Sequence record: MT968995.1
Length of the DNA stretch: 64,000 nucleotides
Origin: Escherichia phage vB_EcoM_WL-3
Reading direction: 5' to 3' (one strand)
Of the stretch, positions 43,092 to 54,581 are shown piece after piece (within the stretch, counting starts at the first letter, position 1; every line of letters begins with the position of its first letter). Made by a program: the position numbers and the translations under genes. The notes beneath the pieces are model-generated. The model was not told the DNA's origin. It made no database searches and was given only the letters and a program-made list of their open reading frames with translations.

Positions 43092-44107
43092 CATTATGTT
43101 CAGATAAGGTCGTTAATCTTATCCCGGAATTATATCCAGCTGCATGTCACCATACAGATCAGACTATATCTCCATCTTGATGAAGCAAGATGTCTATCGT
43201 TTCGAGTCACTTGACCCTACTCCCCAAAGGGATAGTCGTTAGGCATTTATGTAGAACCAATTCCATTTATCAGATTTTACACGATAAGTAACTAATCCAG
43301 ACGAAATTTTAAAATGTCTAGCTGCATCTGCTGCGCATTCAAAAATAATCCCGTCGCATGAAATCTTTTTAATATTACTAGGCTTTTTGCCTTTCATCTT
43401 TTCTGATATTTTAGATTTAGTTTTGTCCGAATGCTTATGATTAAAGAATGAATTATTTTCACCTGAACGATTTCTGCATTTACTACAAGTATAAGCAGAA
43501 GTTTGTATACGAACACCGCACTTACAAAATTTGTGTTTTTCTGGATTCCATCGTCCGTTTTTACTTCCGGGTTTACCGTAAAGAGCTTTCCGAGCATCAA
43601 GGCCAAGCTTAAGCATCTTAGCTTTAACAGTTTCAGAGCGTTTCTTAATAATTTCTTCTTTTAATGGATGTACAGAATATGTATCACCAAACGTTGCATC
43701 AGCAATATTATATCCATTAATTTTAGAATTAAGCTCTTTAATCCAAAAATTTTCTCGTTCAATAATCAAATCTTTCTCATATGGAATTTCTTCCAAAATA
43801 GAGCATTCAAATACATTACCGTGTTTGTTAAAAGACCTTTGAAGTTTTATAGAAGAATGGCATCCTTTTTCTAAGTCTTTAAAATGCCTCTTCCATCTCT
43901 TTTCAAAATCTTTAGCACTTCCTACATATACTTTATTGTTTAAAGTATTTTTAATCTGATAAATTCCACTTTTCATAAATACCTCTTTAAATATAGAAGT
44001 ATTTATTAAAGGGTAGTCCTACAATTTAGCACGGGATTGTCTACTAGAGAGGTTCCCCGTTTAGATAGATTACAAGTATAAGTCACCTTATACTCAGGCC
44101 TCAATTA
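43092..44107 (-). mobile_element. Group I self-splicing intron of td (1016 nt) carrying the I-TevI ORF
   Basis: Intron 5-prime sequence TAATTGAGGCCTGAGTATAAGGTGAC directly after exon 1 (in-frame TAA at the splice site); 3-prime end at ...ATAATG; total 1016 nt. Confidence 0.9.
43239..43976 (-). CDS. Homing endonuclease I-TevI (GIY-YIG)
   Basis: 245-aa ORF inside the td intron; N-terminal GIY-YIG domain (GIYQIKN...KVYVGSA) and C-terminal zinc-finger DNA-binding region. Confidence 0.93.
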   Translation of the reverse strand: MKSGIYQIKNTLNNKVYVGSAKDFEKRWKRHFKDLEKGCHSSIKLQRSFNKHGNVFECSILEEIPYEKDLIIERENFWIKELNSKINGYNIADATFGDTYSVHPLKEEIIKKRSETVKAKMLKLGLDARKALYGKPGSKNGRWNPEKHKFCKCGVRIQTSAYTCSKCRNRSGENNSFFNHKHSDKTKSKISEKMKGKKPSNIKKISCDGIIFECAADAARHFKISSGLVTYRVKSDKWNWFYINA

Positions 44108-44656
44108 ACCCAAGAACACGTCAACACTTCTTTGATACCACTGTAAATCCAAATATCCATTACGCACATTAAACTGATAGAACATATGACAAGGTGGTAA
44201 TGCCATATATTTAAGTTCAGCTGGATTCCACGCAGAAACAATTTGACGCCTATCATTCGGTAGTTTTTTAATACGATCAATAACTTCTACAATTTGGTCT
44301 ACACCGCCAAAATCACGCCATTGTTTTCCGTAAATTGGACCAAGTTCACCACTATGATATCCTAAATCTTTTGCTTGGTTTTCGTAATTTTCATCCCAGA
44401 CTGTTTTGCCTTGAATTAATGAATCGTGTTGAATTAATCGTAAATCATTGACATTTGTGCTTCCTGATAAAAACCAAAGGAGCTCAGCAATGCAAGCTTT
44501 CCAGGCGAGCTTCTTAGTCGTTACTGCAGGAAAACCTTTAGTTAAATCCCAGCGTAATTTAGTACCGAACAAAGCAATTGTTCCTGTGCCTGTTCGGTCA
44601 TCGGTTTCATAGCCATTTTCAAAAATGTCTTTAATTAAATCTTGGTATTGTTTCAT
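44108..44656 (-). CDS. td: Thymidylate synthase, exon 1
   Basis: 183 codons ending ...VDVFLG, with the active-site region LPPCHMFYQF. Confidence 0.92.
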
Positions 44657-44701
44657 TTAGTACCTTATATAAATTATAATACATTTTATGAAGCTAAATA
44701 A

Positions 44702-45061
44702 TCAATACGGTTTAGCATCAAATTTTCTTTCGATTTCAGGAGTGAAATATAATTCTTTACCACGTTTGGAAAAACGACCAATAATATGATAATTATTCTC
44801 ATCAAACGTGATATTGCCAATATCCATAGCTTTCAACCAAATATCGATATTTCTATCCAGCTTTATATCAAAATTCCAATACGGAGAACTATTACCGAAA
44901 ATACTGCAAGCGGATTCAGTGAAACAACTGCTATAAATTTTGTCTTTGGGAACTACTAATTGATAGACGCCTTTAATAAACTGAGGACCCTGCCATTTTG
45001 GTTGTTTCGCGTCTTTTTCTAATAGAATAGGGTAATAATTAAAGTTCATATTTTCCGCCAC
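44702..45061 (-). CDS. Hypothetical protein inserted between frd and td
   Basis: 119-aa ORF (GTG start; 115 aa from the ATG at 45049); no recognisable motif. Confidence 0.55.
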   Translation of the reverse strand: MAENMNFNYYPILLEKDAKQPKWQGPQFIKGVYQLVVPKDKIYSSCFTESACSIFGNSSPYWNFDIKLDRNIDIWLKAMDIGNITFDENNYHIIGRFSKRGKELYFTPEIERKFDAKPY

Positions 45062-45069
45062 GCGTTATT

Positions 45070-45654
<585 letters not shown>

Positions 45655-45897
45655 TCAAAACCCCCTTTCAATAAACCATTCAGCGGCTTTATTAGCATCA
45701 AAGAATAATTCTTCATATGTCTTTTCTTTGTTTTCAAAAACTGTCACACAAACACGTTGACATTCTCCACAGTATTCTTCTGACATACTCAAAGCGTCAG
45801 AAAACATTTCATTAAATTCATTTAAATCAGGATTATGCAATGCGTTAAAAATTGCATAATCGAATTCATCATTCATAAATTCAAATACAAAAATCAT
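45655..45897 (-). CDS. Hypothetical protein (frd.1-like)
   Basis: 80-aa ORF. Confidence 0.6.
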   Translation of the reverse strand: MIFVFEFMNDEFDYAIFNALHNPDLNEFNEMFSDALSMSEEYCGECQRVCVTVFENKEKTYEELFFDANKAAEWFIERGF

Positions 45898-46241
45898 ATT
45901 ATCTCATAATATAAAGGATCAGGAACATATCCACTGGCTTTAATCATTTTAATTAACGTTAACATTCCTTTATTAACTGCTCGTGAAATTTCATCAAAAA
46001 CTTCATCACTAAAAAGTTCTAACACGCCCTTCTGAACTTTTAATTTACACCCAACAATTTCGTCATCGCCTATAGTAAATTCGTTTCCGCCAATTCCACC
46101 GAAAAACTTAATTGCACCAGTCAACTGTCTTCCACGAGAATATGGGTCGTGTGATAAAGTAATATGAGTCACCCCAGGTACAGTTTTAAATTGGCAACGG
46201 ATGTTTACTTGGGCAATTCCAGTTACGTGAATGTCAGACAT
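45894..46241 (-). CDS. Hypothetical protein (frd.2-like)
   Basis: 115-aa ORF. Confidence 0.6.
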   Translation of the reverse strand: MSDIHVTGIAQVNIRCQFKTVPGVTHITLSHDPYSRGRQLTGAIKFFGGIGGNEFTIGDDEIVGCKLKVQKGVLELFSDEVFDEISRAVNKGMLTLIKMIKASGYVPDPLYYEII

Positions 46242-46251
46242 AATATTTTCC

Positions 46252-46494
46252 TCAAACAGACTTTTTCACAATTTTCCAATCAGCTTTAAACTGATCGACG
46301 TCAGAATGATAAATCCAGAACCCTGCGCTTTCTCCATCCTCATAAAGAGGGCATCCATCGCATTCATCTTCCCATCCCATGCCACGTAAAAGATGTTCAG
46401 CTTTTTCAACAAGTTCAGAATCTTTACCAATGATATTAAAATACCATTTACCTCTAACTTCTGAATCTTTGATGCTTTGGCGTTGTAATCTCAT
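46252..46494 (-). CDS. Hypothetical protein (frd.3-like)
   Basis: 80-aa ORF downstream of an early promoter. Confidence 0.6.
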   Translation of the reverse strand: MRLQRQSIKDSEVRGKWYFNIIGKDSELVEKAEHLLRGMGWEDECDGCPLYEDGESAGFWIYHSDVDQFKADWKIVKKSV

Positions 46495-46519
46495 TTTATT
46501 CTCCTTAGTTGATAGGGTA

Positions 46520-46549
46520 ATAGTATCACACTACTACCCTACTGTAAAC
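46520..46549 (-). promoter_or_regulatory. T4 early-type promoter (GTTTAC-N18-TACTAT)
   Basis: Minus-strand GTTTACAGTAGGGTAGTAGTGTGATACTAT. Confidence 0.5.
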
Positions 46550-46929
46550 TACTTTTTGAAAGTTTTTCGCAAAAGTTCAATGATTTCATCTACATTGTTT
46601 TCGTCTACAATGCAATGAATTTTTGTTACGCCAGAAATCTTGTCTTCGACTTCATCTTCTTCAGAAGTCGGTTCTTTATACTCGCGGAAACAATGAAATT
46701 CGTCTTCACAAATTTCTAAAAGTCTATCTTTGAGGTAAAAATGTTTTCCATTTGCGCATTCAATGTGTTTTACTGCTTTATATCCATTAGCGACAGAAAC
46801 TTCTTTAACTTCAAACCATCCGCCATTATCTCGAATAGCTTTAACTATTGATGAATTAGAACGTGGGCTATAATTAATAAATGTATCAATAAGTCTTGGA
46901 ACAAGTTCATACTTTCTACCAGTATACAT
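46549..46929 (-). CDS. Hypothetical Cys-containing protein
   Basis: 126-aa ORF. Confidence 0.6.
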   Translation of the reverse strand: MYTGRKYELVPRLIDTFINYSPRSNSSIVKAIRDNGGWFEVKEVSVANGYKAVKHIECANGKHFYLKDRLLEICEDEFHCFREYKEPTSEEDEVEDKISGVTKIHCIVDENNVDEIIELLRKTFKK

Positions 46930-46973
46930 TGTGTTTTCCTCATTTTAACGGGGCTGTAATAGCCCCTTGATAA

Positions 46974-47225
46974 TTATTGTTCAATCAGTCCCATATAAAA
47001 TTCTGCATCTTCAGAATCCATGCCATCACAATATTCATTAGCCATAAAGCGGGTGAGGTCTTCAAGAGGACCTTCAATGACAATAGAAAAATTGCAATAA
47101 TTGGGATCATCATGAATACTTGTGATACTAAGTTCAGGATAACGATTACGAATAATTTCTTCAATATATTCAAAATCAACGATGTCAATATCAACTTTAG
47201 CCATATTATTTTCCTCTTTAATCAT
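46974..47225 (-). CDS. Hypothetical acidic protein
   Basis: 83-aa ORF downstream of an early promoter. Confidence 0.6.
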   Translation of the reverse strand: MIKEENNMAKVDIDIVDFEYIEEIIRNRYPELSITSIHDDPNYCNFSIVIEGPLEDLTRFMANEYCDGMDSEDAEFYMGLIEQ

Positions 47226-47247
47226 CAGCAGTATTGCCGATAGTTGT

Positions 47248-47277
47248 ATAGTACTATAGAAGAACAGAGGTGTAAAC
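47248..47277 (-). promoter_or_regulatory. T4 early-type promoter (GTTTAC-N18-TACTAT)
   Basis: Minus-strand GTTTACACCTCTGTTCTTCTATAGTACTAT; shares the GATAGTTGTATAGTAC context with the motA promoter. Confidence 0.5.
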
Positions 47278-47308
47278 AGTTTTGTGAAAAAATTTTTGAA
47301 ATAAAAAA

Positions 47309-47327
47309 GGGGACCTCTAGGGTCCCC
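47309..47327 (-). terminator. Intrinsic terminator downstream of gene 32
   Basis: GGGGACC-CTAGA-GGTCCCC hairpin followed on the minus strand by TTTTTTATTT. Confidence 0.75.
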
Positions 47328-47349
47328 AATTAATTAGTAATATAATCTA

Positions 47350-48258
47350 TTAAAGGTCATTCAAAAGGTCATCCAGGTCCGTGTCATCAGCACTAGATGA
47401 ACTGCCAGAGCTTGAGCTCATAAAATCATCTTCAGTTTTTGTTTTAAAGTCATCAACATTAAATGCATCCAAATCATCAGCAACTTTATCGGCTTTCTTA
47501 GCGGCAGTTGCTGCGGCACCACCCATAGCAGCAGTTCCCATAACTTGACTGAATTTAGTGCTCAGTTCTTCAAACGATTTGAATTTATCTTTAGAAGTCA
47601 TTTCAGAAAGGTCAACCATTTGTTCGAACAGTTCTTTCTGGAAAGATTCATCATCAATGTTTGGAATCGCAGATTGATTCAGGAATTTAGATTCGTCGTA
47701 GTTACTAAAACCAGAAACTTGTTTAACTTTCAGTACAAAGTTAGCACCTTCCCACGGACAAGTTACATCAACCGGAGTTTCACCCATTTCAACATCAACG
47801 GCAATCATTGCATTGATTTTATCCCAGATTTTCTTACCGAAACGGTATTTAAATACTTTACCTTCATTTTCTGGAGCAGCTGGGTCTTTTACTACAAGAA
47901 TGTTAGCCCAGTAAGAAGTTTTACGTTTAACAAGACCGTACTCTTTATTGTCAGTGTTGTACAAATCATTTTTACTGATGTATTGACATACTGGACAAGA
48001 ATCGTAATCACCGTGGGTAGATGAACAGTTTTCAATATACCATTTACCATTTTTCTTGAAACCGTGATTTACAAGAATTGCGAATGGTGCTTGTTCATCA
48101 TTTTTAGACGGAAGAAAACGAATTACTGCTTGACCGTTACCCGCATTATCGAGTTTCAGTTTCCACTCGCCTTTATCTTCAGAAGAAAAACCACCTTTAT
48201 TTCCAGCCAGTTTAGCCATTTGTGCAGCGAGTTCAGCAGTAGATTTACGTTTAAACAT
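47350..48258 (-). CDS. 32: Single-stranded DNA-binding protein gp32
   Basis: 302-aa ORF with a zinc-binding Cys/His cluster and an acidic Ser/Asp-rich C-terminal tail; recognised as T4 gp32. Confidence 0.95.
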   Translation of the reverse strand: MFKRKSTAELAAQMAKLAGNKGGFSSEDKGEWKLKLDNAGNGQAVIRFLPSKNDEQAPFAILVNHGFKKNGKWYIENCSSTHGDYDSCPVCQYISKNDLYNTDNKEYGLVKRKTSYWANILVVKDPAAPENEGKVFKYRFGKKIWDKINAMIAVDVEMGETPVDVTCPWEGANFVLKVKQVSGFSNYDESKFLNQSAIPNIDDESFQKELFEQMVDLSEMTSKDKFKSFEELSTKFSQVMGTAAMGGAAATAAKKADKVADDLDAFNVDDFKTKTEDDFMSSSSGSSSSADDTDLDDLLNDL

Positions 48259-48357
48259 TTTTATTTCCTTTTTAATTTAATTAACAGTTGGTGCTATGAC
48301 GATGTATGACCTCATAGCTGGTCAGTGAGATAATTATAATCTATTTATAATAAGCAA

Positions 48358-49011
48358 TTAATACTTGCATGATTTCACAGTTTCAATGAAAACACTTTTA
48401 GCTTTCTGTGAATCAATATTTAAAATTTTTCTATAAGCTTTTAACTTTATAGAATAATTATTCCAGACTAAATTATCAGTCTGTTCATCATGTTTATCAA
48501 TTATATTTAAAAACGAATCAAGCAAGATAAACGTCTCAAACGAAATTATATTCGATTGAAGCAGTTTAAAAATATAACTTGATTGAACTTTTGGATTATA
48601 TTCAAAGATTTCTTTAAAAGCAGAAACTTCAACTTTTTTACTAAAATAATAAATGTTGCGAATATCTTCTTCAAACTTAAATTTAATTTGCTTTAAGCGT
48701 CCGATATATTCACGATAAAACACAAGTGCATCAGCGTCAGAGATGTCACCAATCCAAGCATCCTGGTTAGCAACAAGATTGCTTATAAAGATTAAAGCAA
48801 GTTCCTTTAATTTATATTTTTCTGATAACTTCTGGAAAAAATACTTATCCCTTCGCTTTTGATAAGCGGCATCAGACACCCGCATGCACCAATTATACTT
48901 AATTACATCATACTTTCCATTCATATGTTGTTTTATCATTAAGTATAATTTATAAACTGATTTACCATCAATGTATCTTTCACCACCAGCAGGCATGCGG
49001 AGTTTAATCAT
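48358..49011 (-). CDS. 59: Helicase loader gp59
   Basis: 217-aa ORF, length and position match T4 gp59. Confidence 0.9.
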   Translation of the reverse strand: MIKLRMPAGGERYIDGKSVYKLYLMIKQHMNGKYDVIKYNWCMRVSDAAYQKRRDKYFFQKLSEKYKLKELALIFISNLVANQDAWIGDISDADALVFYREYIGRLKQIKFKFEEDIRNIYYFSKKVEVSAFKEIFEYNPKVQSSYIFKLLQSNIISFETFILLDSFLNIIDKHDEQTDNLVWNNYSIKLKAYRKILNIDSQKAKSVFIETVKSCKY

Positions 49012-49346
49012 AGTAGAAAATCTAATGTATTAGTTTTTTCACAACGAACAACAGAAGGACGTAAAAGATTTTCGTCAATAGCTTCTGACTGAATTTTTTC
49101 AATTATACCCGAAGGAATAAATTTAGCAAATTGAGTTTCAGGAATAGAATTTTCTTCCAAGAATGCTGTTGTAGCTTCAAGATAACTCATTCCAAATTCT
49201 TCTACCATTTTTTCAATAATAAATCCATTTTCTTGGCGGTCAAGAAGCTTTGCAATTTCATCCTTTTCTTTCTTAATTGAAAGTTCTTTTTCTGAAAGAC
49301 CGGTCTCATCGACCGGACGAATATCATTTAGAGAAAACTGTGTCAT
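49008..49346 (-). CDS. 33: Late transcription co-activator gp33
   Basis: ORF 49008..49355; start at MTQFSL gives 112 aa as in T4 gp33. Confidence 0.8.
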   Translation of the reverse strand: MTQFSLNDIRPVDETGLSEKELSIKKEKDEIAKLLDRQENGFIIEKMVEEFGMSYLEATTAFLEENSIPETQFAKFIPSGIIEKIQSEAIDENLLRPSVVRCEKTNTLDFLL

Positions 49347-49593
49347 AAAGTTCAACTACCTCTTCAGTTTCAGCTTCAAACACATCACGGTTATCTTTAT
49401 GATACAAAGCTAACAAACGATTAAACATCTTACCATCAACGCCAAGTTCATCTTTGGCGCGAATTCGAATATCTTTAATCAATTCATTATAACCAGAAAT
49501 TTTCAGTTTATGATCAGATGCTTCTTTGATAAATTTAGCCAAGTCTTCGCCATGGATAGCTTCATCAAATTCGACCATTTCTTTTTTAGCCAT
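49324..49593 (-). CDS. dsbA: Double-stranded DNA binding protein DsbA
   Basis: 89-aa ORF, length and position match T4 DsbA. Confidence 0.8.
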   Translation of the reverse strand: MAKKEMVEFDEAIHGEDLAKFIKEASDHKLKISGYNELIKDIRIRAKDELGVDGKMFNRLLALYHKDNRDVFEAETEEVVELYDTVFSK

Positions 49594-49601
49594 TATTCAC
49601 C

Positions 49602-50519
49602 TCAAAATTCATTAATGCTATTAGTTAATTTAGAAAGACCCGCTTTTACAAAATATGAATAAATTTTGCCACGCGGTGGTAATTTATATGAATTATAGTA
49701 ATTCACAATGTTTGAAGCAATATTATCAGGAATATAATCAAAATCAATTAGAACTAAATTTTCTTTATATCGATTATATTCAGATTCAGTGAGAAGCACC
49801 TTAGCTTGCTCACGGTCATTAGCAATAGCTTCAACAACAGATGTTTTCATTGAAGGAGTTCGTTCACCTTCAACTCTGGTAAACCAAAAGTCAGATCGTA
49901 CTTTAACTGAAGCAACGTTATCCTTTTTATCACCTTTAAGGATTTTAGTCATACAGTCAATTTCAGCAGAACCGCTTTTAATTTTAACCCATTTCTTGTG
50001 CATCGGTGACCACTGCTTAACATTTGGGTATTTGTGAAGTTGAGTAAAGTCACCATCCGATGAAATGATTAAAATCTTGTGTCCTTCTAAAGAGAACTTT
50101 TTAACAAGAACAGCAATGTGGTCATCTGCTTCATACTTGTCAATATCCATAACAATGTATGGCATATAAGCTTTCAATTCATCTATAACTTTATGACTGG
50201 ATTCAAAATAACCTTCCCAGTCCCAAGTAGATTCTTCTCGTGCTTTTCCACGGTTTTTCTTATAATAATAAGCAAAATCACGACGCCAGTATCCAGATTT
50301 CGCGTTATCGATACACAGTACAATTTTAGTGTATCCAAGAGTTTTCGCTTTTTTGACATTAAACTTAATTGAGTTCAATATCAAATGACGAACCATTGAT
50401 AAATTAATTTTTTCTTTATCTGGGAAGTTTACCAAAGCAGTTGAAAGCGCAATTTGACTAAAGTCAATTAAGCAGATTCCTTCTTTGTAATCTTCATCCA
50501 GCATCATTTCTAAATCCAT
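49602..50519 (-). CDS. rnh: RNase H / FEN-like 5-prime to 3-prime exonuclease
   Basis: ORF 49602..50534; the ATG at 50519 (MDLEMM, GAGG SD) gives 305 aa as in T4 RNase H. Confidence 0.9.
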   Translation of the reverse strand: MDLEMMLDEDYKEGICLIDFSQIALSTALVNFPDKEKINLSMVRHLILNSIKFNVKKAKTLGYTKIVLCIDNAKSGYWRRDFAYYYKKNRGKAREESTWDWEGYFESSHKVIDELKAYMPYIVMDIDKYEADDHIAVLVKKFSLEGHKILIISSDGDFTQLHKYPNVKQWSPMHKKWVKIKSGSAEIDCMTKILKGDKKDNVASVKVRSDFWFTRVEGERTPSMKTSVVEAIANDREQAKVLLTESEYNRYKENLVLIDFDYIPDNIASNIVNYYNSYKLPPRGKIYSYFVKAGLSKLTNSINEF

Positions 50520-50548
50520 ATGAACCTCGTTCAATTAGTGAGATTTCT

Positions 50549-50578
50549 ATTATATACCATCCGAATCTTAAAGTAAAC
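50549..50578 (-). promoter_or_regulatory. T4 early-type promoter (GTTTAC-N18-TATAAT) for rnh
   Basis: Minus-strand GTTTACTTTAAGATTCGGATGGTATATAAT. Confidence 0.55.
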
Positions 50579-50581
50579 AAG

Positions 50582-50589
50582 TATAAATA
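50582..50589 (+). promoter_or_regulatory. Late promoter (TATAAATA) for gene 34
   Basis: Exact TATAAATA about 35 bp upstream of the gene 34 ATG. Confidence 0.6.
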
Positions 50590-50623
50590 CTTATTATTGA
50601 AAACACAATAGGAGCCCGGGAGA

Positions 50624-53600
50624 ATGGCCGAGATTAAAAGAAAGTTCAGAGCAGAAGACGGTCTGGACGCAGGTGGCGATAAAATAATCAACGTAGCTTT
50701 AGCTGATCGTACCGTAGGAACTGACGGTGTTAACGTTGATTACTTAATTCAAGAAAACACAGTTCAACAATATGATCCAACTCGTGGATATTTAAAAGAT
50801 TTTGTAATCATTTATAATAATCGTTTTTGGGCAGCAACGGATAATATTCCAAAACCTGCTGGAAGTTTTAATAGAATTCGTTGGAAAGCATTACGTACTG
50901 ATGCCGTATATACAACCGTATCATCTGGACCATATCAATTAAAATCCGGAGAAGCAATTTCAGTAGATACATCAGTTGGTAATGACATTGAGTTTAATTT
51001 ACCACCTTCTCCGCTTGATGGAGAAACCGTAATAATTCAAGATATTGGTGGAAAACCTGGTATAAATCAGGTTAAAATAAATTCTTCAAATCAGAGTATT
51101 GTTAATTTTAGAGGTGAACAAGTACGTTCAGTTCTAATGACTCATCCAAAGTCACAGATGATATTCATTTTTAATAATCGTTTGTGGCAAATGTATGCTG
51201 CTGATTATAGCAGAGAAGCTGCGATTGTTACTCCATCAACTGCATATCAAGCACAATCTAATGATTTTATCGTGCGTAGATTTACTTCCGCTGCGCCGAT
51301 TAATATTAAACTTCCGAGATTTGCTAATCATGGCGATATTATTAATTCGTGCGTAGATTTACTTCCGCTGCGCCGATTAATATTAAACTTCCGAGATTTG
51401 CTAATCATGGCGATATTATTAATTTCGTTGATTTAGATAAATTAAATCCACTTTATCATACAATTGTCACAACATATGATGAAACAACTTCAGTACAAGA
51501 AGTTGGAACTCATTCTATTGAAGGCCGTACATCAATTGACGGTTTCTTGATGTTTGATGATAATGAAAAATTATGGAGACTGTTTGACGGGGATAGTAAA
51601 GCACGTTTACGCATTATAACAACTAATTCTAATATTCGTCCAAATGAAGAAGTTATGGTATTTGGCGCGAATAACGGAACAGCCCAAACAATTGAACTTC
51701 AACTTCCAACCGATATTTCCATTGGTGATACTGTTAAAATTTCCATGAATTACATGAGAAAAGGACAAACAGTTAAAATCAAAGCTGCCGGTGAAGATAA
51801 AATTGCTTCTTCAGTTCAATTGCTGCAATTCCCAAAACGCTCAGAATATCCACCACCTGAAGCTGAATGGGTGACTGTCCAAGAATTAGTTTTCAATGGT
51901 GAAACTAATTATGTTCCGGTTTTACAACTTGCTTATATAGAAGATTCTGACGGAAAATACTGGGTTGTACAACAAAACGTTCCAACGGTTGAAAGAGTCG
52001 ATTCTTTAAATAATTCTACTAGAGCAAGATTAGGCGTAATAGCTTTAGCTACACAAGCTCAAGCTAACGTCGATTTAGAAAATTCTCCGCAAAAAGAATT
52101 AGCAATTACACCAGAAACATTAGCTAACCGTACTGCTACAGAAACTCGTAGAGGTATCGCAAGAATAGCAACTACTGCTCAAGTGAATCAGAACACCACA
52201 TTCTCTTTTGCTGATGACCTTATCATCACTCCTAAAAAGCTGAATGAAAGAACTGCTACAGAAACTCGTAGAGGTGTAGCTGAAATTGCTACGCAGCAGG
52301 AAACTAATACAGGTACTGATGATACTACAATCATCACTCCTAAAAAGCTTCAAGCTCGACAAGGTTCTGAATCATTATCTGGTATTGTAACCTTTGTATC
52401 TACTGCGGGAGCTACTCCAGCTTCTAGTCGCGAATTAAATGGTACAAATGTTTATAATAAAAACACTAATAATTTAGTTGTTTCGCCTAAAGCTTTGGAT
52501 CAGTATAAAGCTACTCCAACACAACAAGGTGCAGTAATTTTAGCAGTTGAAAGTGAAGTAATTGCTGGACAAAGCCAAGAAGGATGGGCAAATGCGGTTG
52601 TAACGCCAGAAACGTTACATAAAAAGACATCAACTGATGGAAGAATTGGTTTAATTGAGATTGCTACGCAAAGTGAAGTTAATACAGGAACTGATTATAC
52701 TCGCGCAGTCACTCCTAAAACTTTAAATGACCGTAAAGCAACTGAAAGTTTAACTGGTATAGCTGAAATTGCTACGCAAGTTGAATTCGACGCAGGCGTC
52801 GACGATACTCGTATCTCTACACCATTAAAAATTAAAACCAGATTTAATAGTACTGATCGTACTTCTGTTGTTGCTCTGTCTGGATTAGTTGAATCAGGAA
52901 CTCTCTGGGACCATTATACCCTTAATATTCTTGAAGCAAATGAGACACAACGTGGTACACTTCGTGTAGCTACACAAGTTGAAGCTGCTGCAGGAACATT
53001 GGATAATGTTCTAATAACTCCTAAAAAGCTTTTAGGTACTAAATCTACTGAAGCGCAGGAAGGTGTTATTAAAGTTGCAACTCGGTCTGAAACTGTAGCT
53101 GGAACGTCAGCAAATACTGCTGTATCTCCAAAAAATTTAAAATGGATTGTGCAGAGTGAACCTACTTGGGCAGCTACTACTGCGATAAGAGGTTTTGTTA
53201 AAACCTCATCCGGTTCAATTACATTCGTTGGTAATGATACAGCTGGTTCTACGCAGGACTTAGAACTATATGAGAAAAATAACTATGCAGTATCACCATA
53301 TGAATTAAACCGCGTATTAGCAAATTATTTGCCGTTAAAAGCAAAAGCTGTAGATAGTAATTTATTAGATGGTTTAGATTCACTCCAGTTCATTCGTAGG
53401 GATATTGCGCAGACGGTTAATGGTTCACTAACCTTAACACAACAAACGAATCTGAGTGCCCCTCTTGTATCATCTAGTACTGCTACGTTTGGTGGATCAG
53501 TTTCGGCAAATAGTACATTAACTATTTCTAATACTGGAACGGCAACTCGTCTTATTTTTGAAAAAGGGCCTCAAACTGGGACGAACCCAGCTCAAACGAT

Positions 53601-54573
53601 GACAGTCAGAGTGTGGGGAAATCAATTCAGCAGTGAATCGGACACAACACGTTCTACTGTATTTGAAGTTAGTGATGAAACGTCTAGTCACTTTTATTCT
53701 CAGCGCAATAAAGCTGGTAATATAACATTTAATATCAATGGTACAGTAACACCGATAAATGTGAATGCTTCAGGAACATTGAATGCGAATGGCGTTGCAA
53801 CATTCGGTAGTTCAGTTACTGCTAATGGCGAATTTATCAGTAAATCGTCGAATGCTTTTAGAGCAATAAATGGTGATTATGGATTCTTTATTCGTAATGA
53901 TGGTGCTAACACCTATTTTATGCTTACTGCATCTGGTGATCAGACCGGTGGATTTAATGGATTACGTCCTTTATCTATTAATAATGCATCTGGTCAAGTA
54001 ACGATTGGTGAAAGCTTAATCATTGCCAAAGGTGCTACTATAAGTTCAGGTGGTTTAACTGTTAACTCGAGAATTCGTTCTCAGGGTACTAAAACCTCTG
54101 ATTTATATACCCGTGCGCCAACATCTGATACTGTAGGATTCTGGTCAATCGATATTAATGATTCAGCCACTTATAACCAGTTCCCGGGTTATTTTAAAAT
54201 GGTTGAAAAAACTAATGAAGTGACTGGACTTCCATACTTAGAACGTGGCGAAGAAGTTAAATCTCCCGGTACATTGACTCAGTTTGGTAACACACTTGAT
54301 TCGCTTTACCAAGATTGGATTACTTATCCAACTACCCCAGAAGCGCGCACCACTCGCTGGACACGCACATGGCAGAAAACCAAAAACTCTTGGTCAAGTT
54401 TTGTTCAGGTATTTGATGGGGGTAACCCTCCTCAACCTTCGGATATAGGAGCGATCCCATCTGATAACGGAATAATAGGTAATCTTACTATTCGTGATTT
54501 CTTGCGAATTGGTAATGTTCGCATTATTCCTGACCCAGTGAATAAAACTGTTAAATTTGAGTGGATTGAATAA
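50624..54573 (+). pseudogene. 34: Long tail fiber proximal subunit gene 34, frameshifted by a 77-bp tandem duplication
   Basis: Two overlapping ORFs (50624..51436, 270 aa; 51349..54573, 1074 aa) that together recapitulate the ~1289-aa gp34; the reading frame breaks exactly at a perfect 77-bp direct repeat. Confidence 0.85.
51270..51423 (+). repeat. Perfect 77-bp tandem duplication (2 copies) inside gene 34
   Basis: 51270-51346 and 51347-51423 are identical (tcgtgcgtagatttacttccgctgcgccgattaatattaaacttccgagatttgctaatcatggcgatattattaat); 77 is not a multiple of 3. Confidence 0.95.
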
Positions 54574-54581
54574 GAGGTATT

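Noticed and set aside
47545-48024. 159-aa plus-strand ORF opposite gene 32
   Set aside because: Antisense to gene 32, Phe/Ile-rich nonsense composition, no promoter or SD.
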